Made by a program: the position numbers and the translations under genes
NCBI GenBank assembly: GCA_963765575.1
Contig: CAVXWZ010000008.1
Location: forward strand, 312,418 to 376,417
DNA length: 64,000 bases
Reading direction: 5' to 3'
DNA from: an uncultured cyanobacterium
GTDB lineage: Bacteria > Cyanobacteriota > Cyanobacteriia > PCC-6307 > Cyanobiaceae
Shown here: positions 49,314-59,080 of the stretch, piece by piece
Position numbering within the stretch: the stretch's first letter is position 1
How the letters are laid out: the number at the start of each line of letters is the position of its first letter
The notes under the pieces: generated by a model
What the model saw: only the letters and a program-made list of their open reading frames with translations
What the model was told of the DNA's origin: nothing
Databases searched by the model: none

Positions 49314-49447
49314 GGGATCGCGGCGGGGGCTGGACGTGAACACAACCACTCCAGACAGTGACTGCTGTGTGGGTCGGTGCCGGATCACACCGAAATCCCC
49401 GCTTGAGTGGATCTACTCAGCCAGGGCCGCGGAGCTGGCGGCGCCGT

Positions 49448-50401
49448 TCAAGCCAGCAGATTGATCTGGTAGAGCACAGCCTCCAGAGCATCGGCGGCCA
49501 TCACGGCGGCATGGCGCTGGGGGTGCTGGGCATCGATGCAGCTGACCAGCGGTGCCAGCACCGTGGATGGCCGCGGGTGGCAGAACTGCACCACGCTCAG
49601 GCGTTCAGCACCCCAACCGGGCGGCGCCACGACCCGATGCCAGCCGGTGGGGATGCGGCCATTGCTGAGCCACTCCAGCATCAGACCGCTGTTGAGGATC
49701 ACCTGGCCCTCGGGGGCCAGCGCATCCAGCCACTGCTCCCCCACCCGCACCTGCAGGCCCGGGGCGGTGGCCCGCGGCAGCGCGGTGATCAGGTTGATGT
49801 CGCCATGGGCCGCCGCCCACAGGTGGCCGGCGGCGGGCGCCTGCTCCATGGGCGGGTAGCGCACGGCCCGGGTGAGGGTGGGGGCCTCAGCCACCACGGC
49901 ATCGAAAATATCGACGTGGGCGCCCAGCCCGGTGGCGATCACCCGCAACACGCGCCGCTGCAGCTCGGCGATGGCGCGATGGAAGCGGCCCAGCACCGCC
50001 GTGATCCCCGGCACCAGGGGCTCGGGCAGCACCGGCTCCGGATAGAGCAGGGGAAAGCGGCGCCGCAGCGGGTGCTCGGGCGGCAACGGCTCCGCCCAGT
50101 TGAGCATCTCCTTCCAGTCGGCCCGCTGCTCGCCGGCGGCCGTCTCCACCAGCAGGCCCGTATAGCCGGTCTGGCCGCAGCTGCCGTGGGCTGTGAAGGC
50201 GGCCTTGCGCTCCGGCGACTGGGCGAAGAACTGGCCTAGCAGGCCGTAGGCCTCATCGAGCAGGTCAGCAGGCAGATCACTGCTCACCAAGACGAAACCG
50301 GTGGCCAGGCTGCGCATCACCCCGTCCACCACCGCCTGTTGCTGGTGGGCGCCGCCCTGCTCGAAGGCGAGCAGGTCAACGTCCAGGATCGTCGGCTGCA
50401 T
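49448..50401 (-). CDS. Isopenicillin N synthase-like 2OG-Fe(II) oxygenase
   Basis: GF DIOX_N region, AHGDIN (HxD), WHRV (distal His) and ERLS (RxS). Confidence 0.88.
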   Translation of the reverse strand: MQPTILDVDLLAFEQGGAHQQQAVVDGVMRSLATGFVLVSSDLPADLLDEAYGLLGQFFAQSPERKAAFTAHGSCGQTGYTGLLVETAAGEQRADWKEMLNWAEPLPPEHPLRRRFPLLYPEPVLPEPLVPGITAVLGRFHRAIAELQRRVLRVIATGLGAHVDIFDAVVAEAPTLTRAVRYPPMEQAPAAGHLWAAAHGDINLITALPRATAPGLQVRVGEQWLDALAPEGQVILNSGLMLEWLSNGRIPTGWHRVVAPPGWGAERLSVVQFCHPRPSTVLAPLVSCIDAQHPQRHAAVMAADALEAVLYQINLLA

Positions 50402-51278
50402 CGGACGCGTCACCACTGGGGCCCACGATGGCCTGTCCGCCTTCCACCGGCCCAGGCTCCGGTCCCGGCTGGCGGGCCAACGCCTGTCCCAACCAGGCGC
50501 GCCAGGCGGCGGGCAGGCCGTGGTGCTCGGCCCCGCGCAGGATGCGCTCGGCATAGGCCGGGCTGGGCCGCAGGCCGCTGGCCACCACGGCGCGATCGGG
50601 CACATAGGTGAGCGCCCGCAGCCGTTCACCGGCGCAGAGCACCTCAACCTCGCGGTGCTGGTACTGGCCGATCGCCACGCCTTCCTGCAGATCGAGCACG
50701 GCCCGGTCGCGGTGCGGGAGGTGGTGCAGCAGCCCCCAGCACACAGCTCCGGGGCGGGGGCTGATGCCGGCGTAGCCCTCGCCGGGGTCGTGCAGCGAGC
50801 GCTTGTTGATCGCCCAGTGCCAGTGCTCCAGCCGGGCCACCAGGCCGCTGCCGTCCCAGCCGGCGCAGCGCTGCCGCAGCTGGGCCGGGTCGAGATTGGA
50901 GCCGTAGCTGAACACGGGGGTGGCGCCCCAGTCGTCGAAGGGCACCCGCCGACAACCACGCACCTGATCGGGCCGGCCCAGGTAGATCCAGGCCAGAGTG
51001 CCACTGCTGGTGGGCAGCCGGCGGCGGGCGTAGAGGCTGGGGACGTCCTCGAGCACATCCAGCCGGGCCAGCCCGGCAGCATCCACCCGGTAGACCTCGG
51101 CGTGGATGCGGGCCCCGGGATCACGGCAGGGCACGGCCATCGGGTAAGGGCCCAGGTTGTGGAGCGCCAGGCCGGGCAGCCGGGCGCGGCCCTCGAAGGC
51201 GGCACCCGCCAGCCAGTGGTGGTTGCACTCGCCGCGTTTGAGGGTGCCGTAGACGGCAACGCGCAGCCCGGCCGCCAT
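50376..51278 (-). CDS. Tandem gamma-glutamylcyclotransferase (AIG2-like) double-domain protein
   Basis: Domain 1 VYGTLKRG...LDVLED. Domain 2 FSYGSNL...LDLQEG...PSPAY..GL. Confidence 0.82.
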   Translation of the reverse strand: MAAGLRVAVYGTLKRGECNHHWLAGAAFEGRARLPGLALHNLGPYPMAVPCRDPGARIHAEVYRVDAAGLARLDVLEDVPSLYARRRLPTSSGTLAWIYLGRPDQVRGCRRVPFDDWGATPVFSYGSNLDPAQLRQRCAGWDGSGLVARLEHWHWAINKRSLHDPGEGYAGISPRPGAVCWGLLHHLPHRDRAVLDLQEGVAIGQYQHREVEVLCAGERLRALTYVPDRAVVASGLRPSPAYAERILRGAEHHGLPAAWRAWLGQALARQPGPEPGPVEGGQAIVGPSGDASDAADDPGR

Positions 51279-51282
51279 GGCC

Positions 51283-53731
51283 TCAGACCACTTGGGTACC
51301 GGCCGCCGGTGCGGGCGGCTGGAGCAGGCGCCGTCCCTGCAGGGGTTCCAGCCACACCAGCACCGCCAGCCAGTGGATCAGCACCGGCGGCCAGAGGGAG
51401 CCGGTGACCACGTACACCAGCCCGCAGGCCAGCCCCAGCAGGGTGCACTGGACCAGAAAGCGGGGGTCGTCGAACACCGGACGGGCCTGGGGATACCAAA
51501 GCCGGGCCGCCAGCGGGTGGTAGAGCACGAACAGCCCCACGCTGAGGGCCAGCCAGGCCAGCAGCGGGCCCCTGGGCTCACCCTCCAGGGGATGGGGCAG
51601 CAGGGCCACGCGGAAGATCAGCTCCTCCACCAGGGCGGGCAACAGCAACAGGGCGGCGGCGCGGGGCAGCAGCACCCGCAGGGGCCTCAGCCGCCAGGGT
51701 CCGGCGAGAAAGCCGCTGCGCAAGCCATGGCCGAGGGCCAGGGCGGCGTAGACCCCCAGCACCAGCAGGCTGAAGCCCTGGGCGGTGGGCAGCAGCGGCG
51801 GGAAGAGGCTGTCCAGCAGGCGCTGCAGCAGGGTGCCCAGCAGCGGCAGCTGGCCCAGCACCGGGGTGGGCGCCATGGGCTCCAGGCGCGGATCGCTGCC
51901 GGGGATCTGGTTGGTGCGCAGCACCCAGAGGGGCAGGCCGGAGCGCAGGAACTCTGCGGCCAGGGCGTCTTGGCCGCGGCGGGGCAGCATCGAGCGCCAG
52001 CTGAGCAGCACATCCACCAGGCGCTGGCTGGCGTGGAAGGGGCTGCGGCGGCCGTCGCCGGTGGCGGCGGCGGTGAGCCGGCCAGTGCCGGCGCTGAACG
52101 TCACCTCGGCGTTCTGGCGCCAGTCGGAGCGCACCCGGCCGAAGGGGGTGAGCAGGCGGTCCAGGCTCTCGCCCAAGCGCAGGCGGCGTTCCCGCTCGGC
52201 GCTGGGCAGGCCGGCGAGATCGTTGGCCTGGCGGAGCTGCTGGAGGGCGATCCAGAGCGCCTGGCTGGAGTCCTGCACACAGGAGGTGGCCGGCGTCACC
52301 AGCGCCACGCCGGCCCCGTCGCCGCTGCGGTAGCGCGCCGCCAGCAGCTCCGTCTGCAGGGCGATGGCGTCGAGGGCCGGGCCATCCAGGCGCACCAGGA
52401 CGTCGGAGATCGGCCGGGTGCCCATCCAGCCGCGCTGGAGGTTGCCCGCATAGGCACTGGCGTCCTGGCTGCCTGAGACGATGCCGTTGGGGTTGTTGGC
52501 GTAGATCTGGTGGTAGCGCAGCGCGAAGCGCGGCTCGCCGCTGATCGGATCGCGCACCACCTCGGCCTCCCCGAAGGCGAAGTGACCGGTGGTGGTCCAG
52601 CCCGGTGTGGGCTCGCCATCGGCTCCGCCGATCCCACCAAAGAGGTGGATCAGCAGGGCCCTGTCACCCACCTCCCAGGCCGCGGCGGCGCGGGGATCCA
52701 GCGTCGAGCGATCGGGCAGCAGCAGGCTGGTGTGGAGCCCGCCGCGCCGCAGCCGTGGCGGGCTCCAATTGGTGCGGCTGATGAAGCCGAGGCCGGCTGG
52801 CGTGCCGGAGAGCCGCTCCTGGGGGGTGAGCCGCAGCAGCTCCCGGGACTCGATCGCCTGCACCGTGAAGACGCCGTCGCCGGCCGGGGCGCCGTGGATC
52901 AGCCAGCCACCGGCATTGAGCGTTGAGCCGGCCAGACCACGGGGATCCAGCAGACGGCGGCCAAAGCGGTCGGGGGGCAGCAGGGGAATGCGGATGCGCT
53001 CCTCGGGGCCGTCGAAGCCGCCACTGGCGGGATCGAAGTGGCGCACCAGCTGCAGGTCGGGATCGGAACCCGGCTGGAGGCCTGCGCCTGCGGCTGTCGT
53101 CGTCATCGAGCACGGTCACCAGGCCCGTCCAACGGCCGCTGGTCTGCAGCGGCGGGCGGGCGATACGCAACTCGCCATCCGCCAGGCTCACGTCCTCGAG
53201 GCGCACGGTGACGTCGTCGACCGGCCGCGCCCCGGCCAGCGACTGCAGCGGCCCCACCCGGCGGCGGCCGTCCAGCCGGGTGGGCACCACATTGGCGGCG
53301 GCGGCGGCCTGGCGGGCGGCTTCGCCCAGCGTGATGTCGGTGGTCACCGCCTCCACGAGCCGCTGCAGCTGCGGCTCCTCGGCCCAGCGCAGCGGCAGCC
53401 GCTCGCCGATCAGCTCCTGCTGGTCCGCCGGCGCCTGGTCCACCTCCAGCCACACCCAGTCGCTGTCGGTGCTGGATTCCTCGGCAGCGGGCAGGATCAG
53501 GCGGCCGCTCCACTCGGCACTGGGACGGTAGAGATCGGGGTCGGGCCGCAGGTCCAGCGGGTAGGTCTCGGGGCGGTTCCAGGGCGAGCGGCGCGCCAGT
53601 TCATCGCTGCTCTGGGGCAGCGGGTCGCGGGGGGTGCCGGCGGCTGAGAGGGCCGGGACAGGGGCCACGAGGAGCGCCAGCAGCAGGCCCACCAGCAGGG
53701 CGGAGAGCGCGGCCCGGAGGCGGAAGGGCAC
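51283..53731 (-). CDS. Large CPBP (CAAX/Abi) intramembrane protease fusion, apparent frameshift near 53100
   Basis: C-terminal EELIFR, FVLYH and IHW motifs. The long soluble N-terminal part is split across ORFs 52664-53899 and 51283-53106. Signal-like start at GTG 53731. Confidence 0.8.
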
Positions 53732-53798
53732 GCGGCCCCGCCAGCGCCGGCCGTGGGAGGGGGGGCTCAAGAGCCTGGGAACGACGGCTGGGCGGACC

Positions 53799-56700
53799 CT
53801 AGGCGCCTGCAGCCGTGGGGCCCACCTCGACGTGCGAGCCGCGCTCGCCGGCGACCACATGAATGCCGCTGCGGATGCGCTCCCGCAGCGCCGAGACATG
53901 GCTGATCAGACCGATCATGCGGCCGCCCTCCCGCAGGCGGTCGAGTTCATCCATGGCCAGTTGCAGGTTGTCGGGATCGAGGCTGCCGAAGCCCTCGTCG
54001 ATGAACAGGGCATCAAGACCCACGCCACCGCTGTGGGCCTGCACCGTGTCGGCCACGCCCAGGGCCAGGGCCAGGGAAGCCTGGAAGGTCTCGCCGCCCG
54101 AGAGGCTGGCCACCTCGCGCTCCTCGCCGGTGTAGGCATCCAGCACCCGCAGGCCCAGGCCGGCCTTGCTGCCCCGCCGCTGGCCGCTGTCATCACTGAG
54201 GCGCAGCTGGTACCGGCCGCTGGTCATCTGCTCCAGGCGCTGGTTGGCGTGGGCGCAAATCTCCTCCAGGTAAGCCGAGAGCACCCAGCGCTGCAGGGAG
54301 ATGTGGGGGTGGCTGCGGCCGCCGCAGCGACCGGCCACGGCCGCCAGCCGGTCGGCCCGGCCCTGGGCCGCCGCCAGCTCCAGCATCCCGGCCCGGTGCA
54401 GCTCCACCAGGGCGGCCAGCCCCTGGCAGGCGGCATCGGCCCGGGCGCGGCGCTCCAGGGCGGCATTGCGCTGGCCATCCGCCTGCTCCAGAGCCGTGGC
54501 GGCGGCGGCCGTGTCGGGCCGAAGCTCGGGCAGCCCCTGCAGCTCCGGCGCACCCAGCACCCCCCCCAGCCGTTGTCGCTCCTGGGAGTGGGCCTGGATC
54601 ATCTGGTCCCAGCCCTGGCGTTGGGCCCCGTCCACCAGGGCGGCCTCCAAGGCCTGGGGCGTCTCGAAGCCGGCGGCGGCCAGGTCGGCCGTGAGCCGGC
54701 GCAGGGCTTCGGCGCTGCGGCTGCGGGCGACGGTGAGCGGCTCGAGCTGGGCGGCCAACTGCTCCAGCAGGGGCTGCAGGGCGTCCAGCGTCGCCAGGTC
54801 CCGGGCCGGGTCCTGGGCGTCCGCCAAAGCACCTGCCCGTGAACCCAGCGGTTGGCCCGTCAGCCGGCTCTCCAGCCGTGCCTGCAGGGTGGCGCTGCGC
54901 TGTTGGCCGGAGCGCACGCGCTCGGTTGCCGCCGCCTGCTCCTGCTGCACCACCAGCAGGCGCGCCAGGGATTTCTCCAGGAGCTGCTGGTTGGCCTGCC
55001 AGGCCGCCTCCCGGGCGGGGAGGGTTTCAGCCTGGCTGCGCGCCTGATCGAGGGCGGTGCTGGCGCTGGCCAGCGCGCTGGTGGCGGCCTGGGCATCGGC
55101 TCCAGCCACCTGCTGCTCGCGGGTGCTGCGGTCGGCCTGGCAGCGGGCCAGCTGCTGCTGGCTGCGGGCCTGTTGGTCCTGGGCCTGGCGCACGCGGGCG
55201 CTGGCGCTGGTGATCGCCGCCGCCGGCACTGGGGCCGTGCCTCCTGGGGCGGTGCCCCCCGAAGCGGGACGGGGATGGTGCGGGGAGCCGCAGACGGGAC
55301 AGGGCTGGCCGCTGCGCAGCTCGGACGCCAGCTGGGCGGCCATGCCAGCGAGCTGGCGCTCGCGCAGCTCCAGCTCCTGCTCCCGGCAGGTGATCAACTG
55401 CCGCTCGGCCCCCTGGTGGAGCTCCAGGGCCTGCCGCTCCTGGTGCCGCGCGGCATCCAGGGCGGCGAACGCCTCCACCAGCACCTGGGCGCGGGCCCGC
55501 TGCTGCTCCAGGCCCGCCAGGCCGTCGCGGGCGCTGCGGGCCGCCAGCACATGCTGCTCGGCCTGGGGCAACTGGCTGCGGCAGGCGGCCACATGCTGCT
55601 GGCCGCGCACGACGCGATCGCTGCGGTCGGCCAGCTCCGCCTCGGCCGCCGCCAGCGCCTGCAGCGCCTGGTTGAGGTCGTCTTGGAGGGCGAGCAACCC
55701 AACGAGTTCGGCGCGGTGGGCCACCAGCGCCGTCAGGGCGCCGGTGAGGGCCGTGGGGGCCGGCAGCTGCAGCAGGTCGAGGGCCACCACGGCAGCGGGC
55801 AGCCCCTGGCCCTGGTCGCGGCAGCGGCGGGCCCCCGCCAGCAGGTCGCTGCCCAGGCGCTCCAGTTGCTGCTGCTGGCTGCTGGCCCGGCGCCAGGCCA
55901 GCAGGCTGGGACGCACCGCTTCGGCCTGCTGGGCCCGGGCCAGCTGCCGCTGGCGCTCGGCGATCAGCGCCGCCTGCTGGTCAAGCTCCTGGAGCCGCCG
56001 CAGGGCGTCGGCGCGCCGGTCCCAGCGCTCCGCCGCCGCCAGCACCTCGAGCTGTTGCTGCCGCAGCCGCTGCCAGGTGGCCACCAGCAGCTCCAGCTGC
56101 TGCCCCAGCTGCTGCCTGTGGGCGGCGATGGTGGCGAGCAGGGCCTCGAGCTCAACCTGGTCGGCCGGTGGCCCGGTGTGCTCGTCTGTGGCCAGCCAGG
56201 GCTGGGCGAGGCGCCAGGCCTCCTGGCGCCAGTTGTCCTGCCGGCGGCGACCATCCAGCACCTCCCCCAGGGCCGACCGCGACTGCTCTTCCAACCAGGC
56301 GGTGGCGCGCTCGTAGAGGCCCGTGTCGAAGAGGGTCTGCAGCAGGGCCTCGCGGTCTTCGGGGCGGGCGCGCAGCACCTCGGCAAACCGCCCCTGGGGC
56401 AGCAGGATCACCTGGCGGAACTGGTCGGCGTCGAGGCCCACCAGGTCCACCACCTCCGGCAACACCTCGGCCGGACCGCTGGCGACCGGAATGGGCCCAT
56501 CAGGACCGATGCGGAACAGGGCGGCGCGGGCGGCGCGGTTGGTGGTGCCGCTGCCGCGGACCTTGGCCACCTCGCAGGCGGGCTGGCGCTCCACCCGCCA
56601 GCGGCCGGAGGGGGTGGAGAACTCCAGCAGCACCCGCGGCACCACCGAGGCGCCAGCGTGCTGGGAACGCAGGCCGCGCACGCTGCGCTCCCCCGACACC

Positions 56701-56864
56701 ACGCCGTAGAGCGCAAAGCAGAGGGCATCGAGCAGGTAGGTCTTGCCGGCGCCGGTGGTGCCGTGGATCAGGAACAGGCCGTCGCGGGCGAGGGGATCGA
56801 AGTCGATCACCAGCGCCTCGGCGTAGGGACCGAAGGCCTCCAGTTCCAGGCGGTGCGGTCTCAC
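53799..56864 (-). CDS. sbcC: Exonuclease SbcCD subunit C (SMC-like ATPase)
   Basis: GTTGAGKT Walker A, LPQGRF Q-loop, CPVCGS zinc hook, LSGGE and FIDEGFGSLD. Confidence 0.94.
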   Translation of the reverse strand: MRPHRLELEAFGPYAEALVIDFDPLARDGLFLIHGTTGAGKTYLLDALCFALYGVVSGERSVRGLRSQHAGASVVPRVLLEFSTPSGRWRVERQPACEVAKVRGSGTTNRAARAALFRIGPDGPIPVASGPAEVLPEVVDLVGLDADQFRQVILLPQGRFAEVLRARPEDREALLQTLFDTGLYERATAWLEEQSRSALGEVLDGRRRQDNWRQEAWRLAQPWLATDEHTGPPADQVELEALLATIAAHRQQLGQQLELLVATWQRLRQQQLEVLAAAERWDRRADALRRLQELDQQAALIAERQRQLARAQQAEAVRPSLLAWRRASSQQQQLERLGSDLLAGARRCRDQGQGLPAAVVALDLLQLPAPTALTGALTALVAHRAELVGLLALQDDLNQALQALAAAEAELADRSDRVVRGQQHVAACRSQLPQAEQHVLAARSARDGLAGLEQQRARAQVLVEAFAALDAARHQERQALELHQGAERQLITCREQELELRERQLAGMAAQLASELRSGQPCPVCGSPHHPRPASGGTAPGGTAPVPAAAITSASARVRQAQDQQARSQQQLARCQADRSTREQQVAGADAQAATSALASASTALDQARSQAETLPAREAAWQANQQLLEKSLARLLVVQQEQAAATERVRSGQQRSATLQARLESRLTGQPLGSRAGALADAQDPARDLATLDALQPLLEQLAAQLEPLTVARSRSAEALRRLTADLAAAGFETPQALEAALVDGAQRQGWDQMIQAHSQERQRLGGVLGAPELQGLPELRPDTAAAATALEQADGQRNAALERRARADAACQGLAALVELHRAGMLELAAAQGRADRLAAVAGRCGGRSHPHISLQRWVLSAYLEEICAHANQRLEQMTSGRYQLRLSDDSGQRRGSKAGLGLRVLDAYTGEEREVASLSGGETFQASLALALGVADTVQAHSGGVGLDALFIDEGFGSLDPDNLQLAMDELDRLREGGRMIGLISHVSALRERIRSGIHVVAGERGSHVEVGPTAAGA

Positions 56865-56871
56865 GGGCGTC

Positions 56872-58065
56872 TCAGGAGTGGCGGGCGGCGGCCTGGGCCA
56901 GGGCCTGGCGCAGCAGACGCTCCTCCTCGCCATCGGCGGGCCGGCCCTGCTGGTCGCTGAAGAACGCCAGGGTGCGCTGCAGGGGGTCGCTGGAGCGCAG
57001 GATGCGCTGGCTGCGCTCGCTGGAACTGGCCCGCTGCTGCTCCGGCGGCTGGTGACGCAGCTCCACGGCGTGGGGAAAGCGCTGCCGCAGCCGCGCCATC
57101 GCCTGCTGGGGCAGCTGCTCATCGCGCAGCAGCGCCCGCACCCAGGCGCCGCGGGCGCTCTCCAGCTCGGGATCAGCCAGCAACAGCTCCAGTTCCCCGC
57201 TGATGGTGCGCAAGGGCCGCCCCACCCCCAGGGGCACCACCTCCACCTGGGGACTGCCGTGGGCAGCGAGCTCCACCAGCCGCACGCTCTTGACGTGGTG
57301 CTGCTCGGAGAAGGAGTAGGGCAGGGGGGTGCCGCTGTAGGCCAGGCGGGGGCCATCGAGCTGCTGGGAGCCGTGCAGATGGCCCAGGGCCACGTAGTCG
57401 AAGCCGGCGAAGGTGGGCACCGCCACGGCCTCCACGTTGCCCACCGAGAGGTCGCGCTCCGATTCGCTGGTGCAGCCTCCGGCCACAAAGGCATGGGCCA
57501 CCAACACCGAGCGGGTGGCGGGGCGGCGGGCGAAATCGGCCCGGATCGGTGCCAGGGCCAGGTCCATCGCCTGCTGGTGGTCCATCCGGGCCGGGCGCTG
57601 CTCGAGCTCCGGGTCCCCCTCGCCGGCGAGGGCCTGCAACGCCGGCCCGTCCAGCAGGGGCTCGAGGTAGGGCAGGGGATACACCGCCACCGGACTGCCG
57701 CCGCCTTGGGGTGTCACCAGCACCGGCTCGGCGGCCCGCTGCCAGCGGCCGCGGATCGTCACCCCCTGGGCGCTGAGCAGCTCGTCGTACACCGACACGC
57801 GCACGTGGGAGTCGTGGTTGCCGGCGATCGCCACCACCGCCGCGCCGCCGCCCCGCAACCGAGCCAGGGTGTCGGTGAACAGGCGCACGGCATCGGCCGG
57901 CGGGATCGCCCGGTCGTAGAGGTCGCCGGCGATCACCACCAGATCCACCCTGGCCTCCAGCGCCAGCTCCACCAGCCGGTCCATGGCCCGGGCCTGCTCG
58001 TCGAGCAACGAGAGGCCGTGGAACTGGCGACCGAGGTGCCAGTCGGAGGTGTGCAGCAGGCGCAA
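56872..58065 (-). CDS. sbcD: Exonuclease SbcCD subunit D
   Basis: HTSDWHLG, AGDLYD, GNHDS, ALGHLH and YSGTPLPYSFSE. Confidence 0.95.
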   Translation of the reverse strand: MRLLHTSDWHLGRQFHGLSLLDEQARAMDRLVELALEARVDLVVIAGDLYDRAIPPADAVRLFTDTLARLRGGGAAVVAIAGNHDSHVRVSVYDELLSAQGVTIRGRWQRAAEPVLVTPQGGGSPVAVYPLPYLEPLLDGPALQALAGEGDPELEQRPARMDHQQAMDLALAPIRADFARRPATRSVLVAHAFVAGGCTSESERDLSVGNVEAVAVPTFAGFDYVALGHLHGSQQLDGPRLAYSGTPLPYSFSEQHHVKSVRLVELAAHGSPQVEVVPLGVGRPLRTISGELELLLADPELESARGAWVRALLRDEQLPQQAMARLRQRFPHAVELRHQPPEQQRASSSERSQRILRSSDPLQRTLAFFSDQQGRPADGEEERLLRQALAQAAARHS

Positions 58066-58069
58066 GGGA

Positions 58070-58387
58070 TCAGGCGCGACTGCGGCGCACCGCCAGGCCG
58101 GCCTCCACGGCGGTGACCAGGGCGAGCACCAGAAAGCCCCCCAGCCCCACCACCTGGTTGCGCGCCATCGCCTCGGGCATCAGCACCGGATCGATGTCGG
58201 CGCCCTGCACCGCGCCGAGCGCAAACCAGGCCGCAGCGGCGGCGGCGGTGAGCCAGTAGGCCCGCCAGCGCCGTTGGTAGATGTAACCGCTGCCCACCCC
58301 CGGCACCACGTTGAGCAGCACGGCTACCCAGGCGCTGGAAGCGGAGAGGATCTGGCCGCGGTCAGGGGGCTGGGGGTTGGACTGCAT
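58070..58387 (-). CDS. Small membrane protein
   Basis: LNVVPGVGSGYIYQRRWRAYW plus TM helices. Confidence 0.72.
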   Translation of the reverse strand: MQSNPQPPDRGQILSASSAWVAVLLNVVPGVGSGYIYQRRWRAYWLTAAAAAAWFALGAVQGADIDPVLMPEAMARNQVVGLGGFLVLALVTAVEAGLAVRRSRA

Positions 58388-58430
58388 CGGAACGGCAGGG
58401 GCGGGACGCTGCCCCATGCCTAGCGCAACC

Positions 58431-58847
58431 TCAGCGCTCCAGAAGCTCCTCCCACTGGCGCAGCAGGGCGCCGGGCAGGGGACGCGGCTGGTAGTCGCGG
58501 GGATCGCTGGGGCCATGGCGGATCACGGCGTTGACCACCACCGCCGCGGTGCTGCTGCGGTTGATGGCGCCGTGGGGCACGCCGGGGGGAATGCGCACCC
58601 AGGTGGGTTCGTCTTCGCGCAGGGTGAAGCGCAGCAGCCGGCGGTCGGCGAGCACCACCAGATCCAGGGAGCCGCGCAGCACGCGCAACTGGTCGGTCTG
58701 GTGGCGATGGCAGAAGAGGGTGCGGCTGGTTTCGTTGCTGACTTCGGCGATCAGGGTTTCGTCACTGGCGAGGGGCTGGGAGAAGAGGGTGGCGCCGGCG
58801 CGGTTGTGCACCACCGGGGCCACGTCGATGTGGCGTGAGAGAGCCAT
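58431..58847 (-). CDS. RmlC-like cupin (dTDP-4-dehydrorhamnose 3,5-epimerase-like)
   Basis: FCHRHQTDQL.V.RG and IPPGVPHGAIN cupin motifs. Confidence 0.75.
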   Translation of the reverse strand: MALSRHIDVAPVVHNRAGATLFSQPLASDETLIAEVSNETSRTLFCHRHQTDQLRVLRGSLDLVVLADRRLLRFTLREDEPTWVRIPPGVPHGAINRSSTAAVVVNAVIRHGPSDPRDYQPRPLPGALLRQWEELLER

Positions 58848-59015
58848 CGGAGCTGGTGCCTAGGAGGTTAAGAATCACAACGAGTTGATGGGGCTGACGT
58901 GCCATCGGACACCAATCAGGGCATGGGTGAGCGACAGCTCACACAACACCGCTGGCGACGTCCTGCCGCTTTGGCCGCAGAATCCCCAGCGCCGCCGCCG
59001 CAACCGCCCCCCTGA

Positions 59016-59045
59016 AGCCGATTCCCCTGGAGCCGATTCCCCTGG
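59016..59045. repeat. 15-bp tandem duplication AGCCGATTCCCCTGG
   Basis: agccgattcccctgg twice, encoding PIPLE-PIPLE in the PfkB frame. Confidence 0.85.
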
Positions 59046-59080
59046 AGCAGCTGCCGGCCCTGCCGCCGCTGCGCCTGGCC

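Noticed and set aside
50402..51499. 683-aa ORF suggesting a long N-terminal extension of the oxygenase
   Set aside because: The extension is an alternative frame over the GGCT gene. The oxygenase starts at ATG 50401.
51283..51800. Abortive-infection phage defence system
   Set aside because: The 'Abi' label of CPBP proteases is historical, and there are no accompanying defence genes. SbcCD and a lone TerB are not sufficient evidence.
56865..57494. Apparent SbcD-SbcC overlap or extended SbcC
   Set aside because: This is an off-frame read of sbcD. SbcC begins at GTG 56864 (VRPHRLELEAFGPY).
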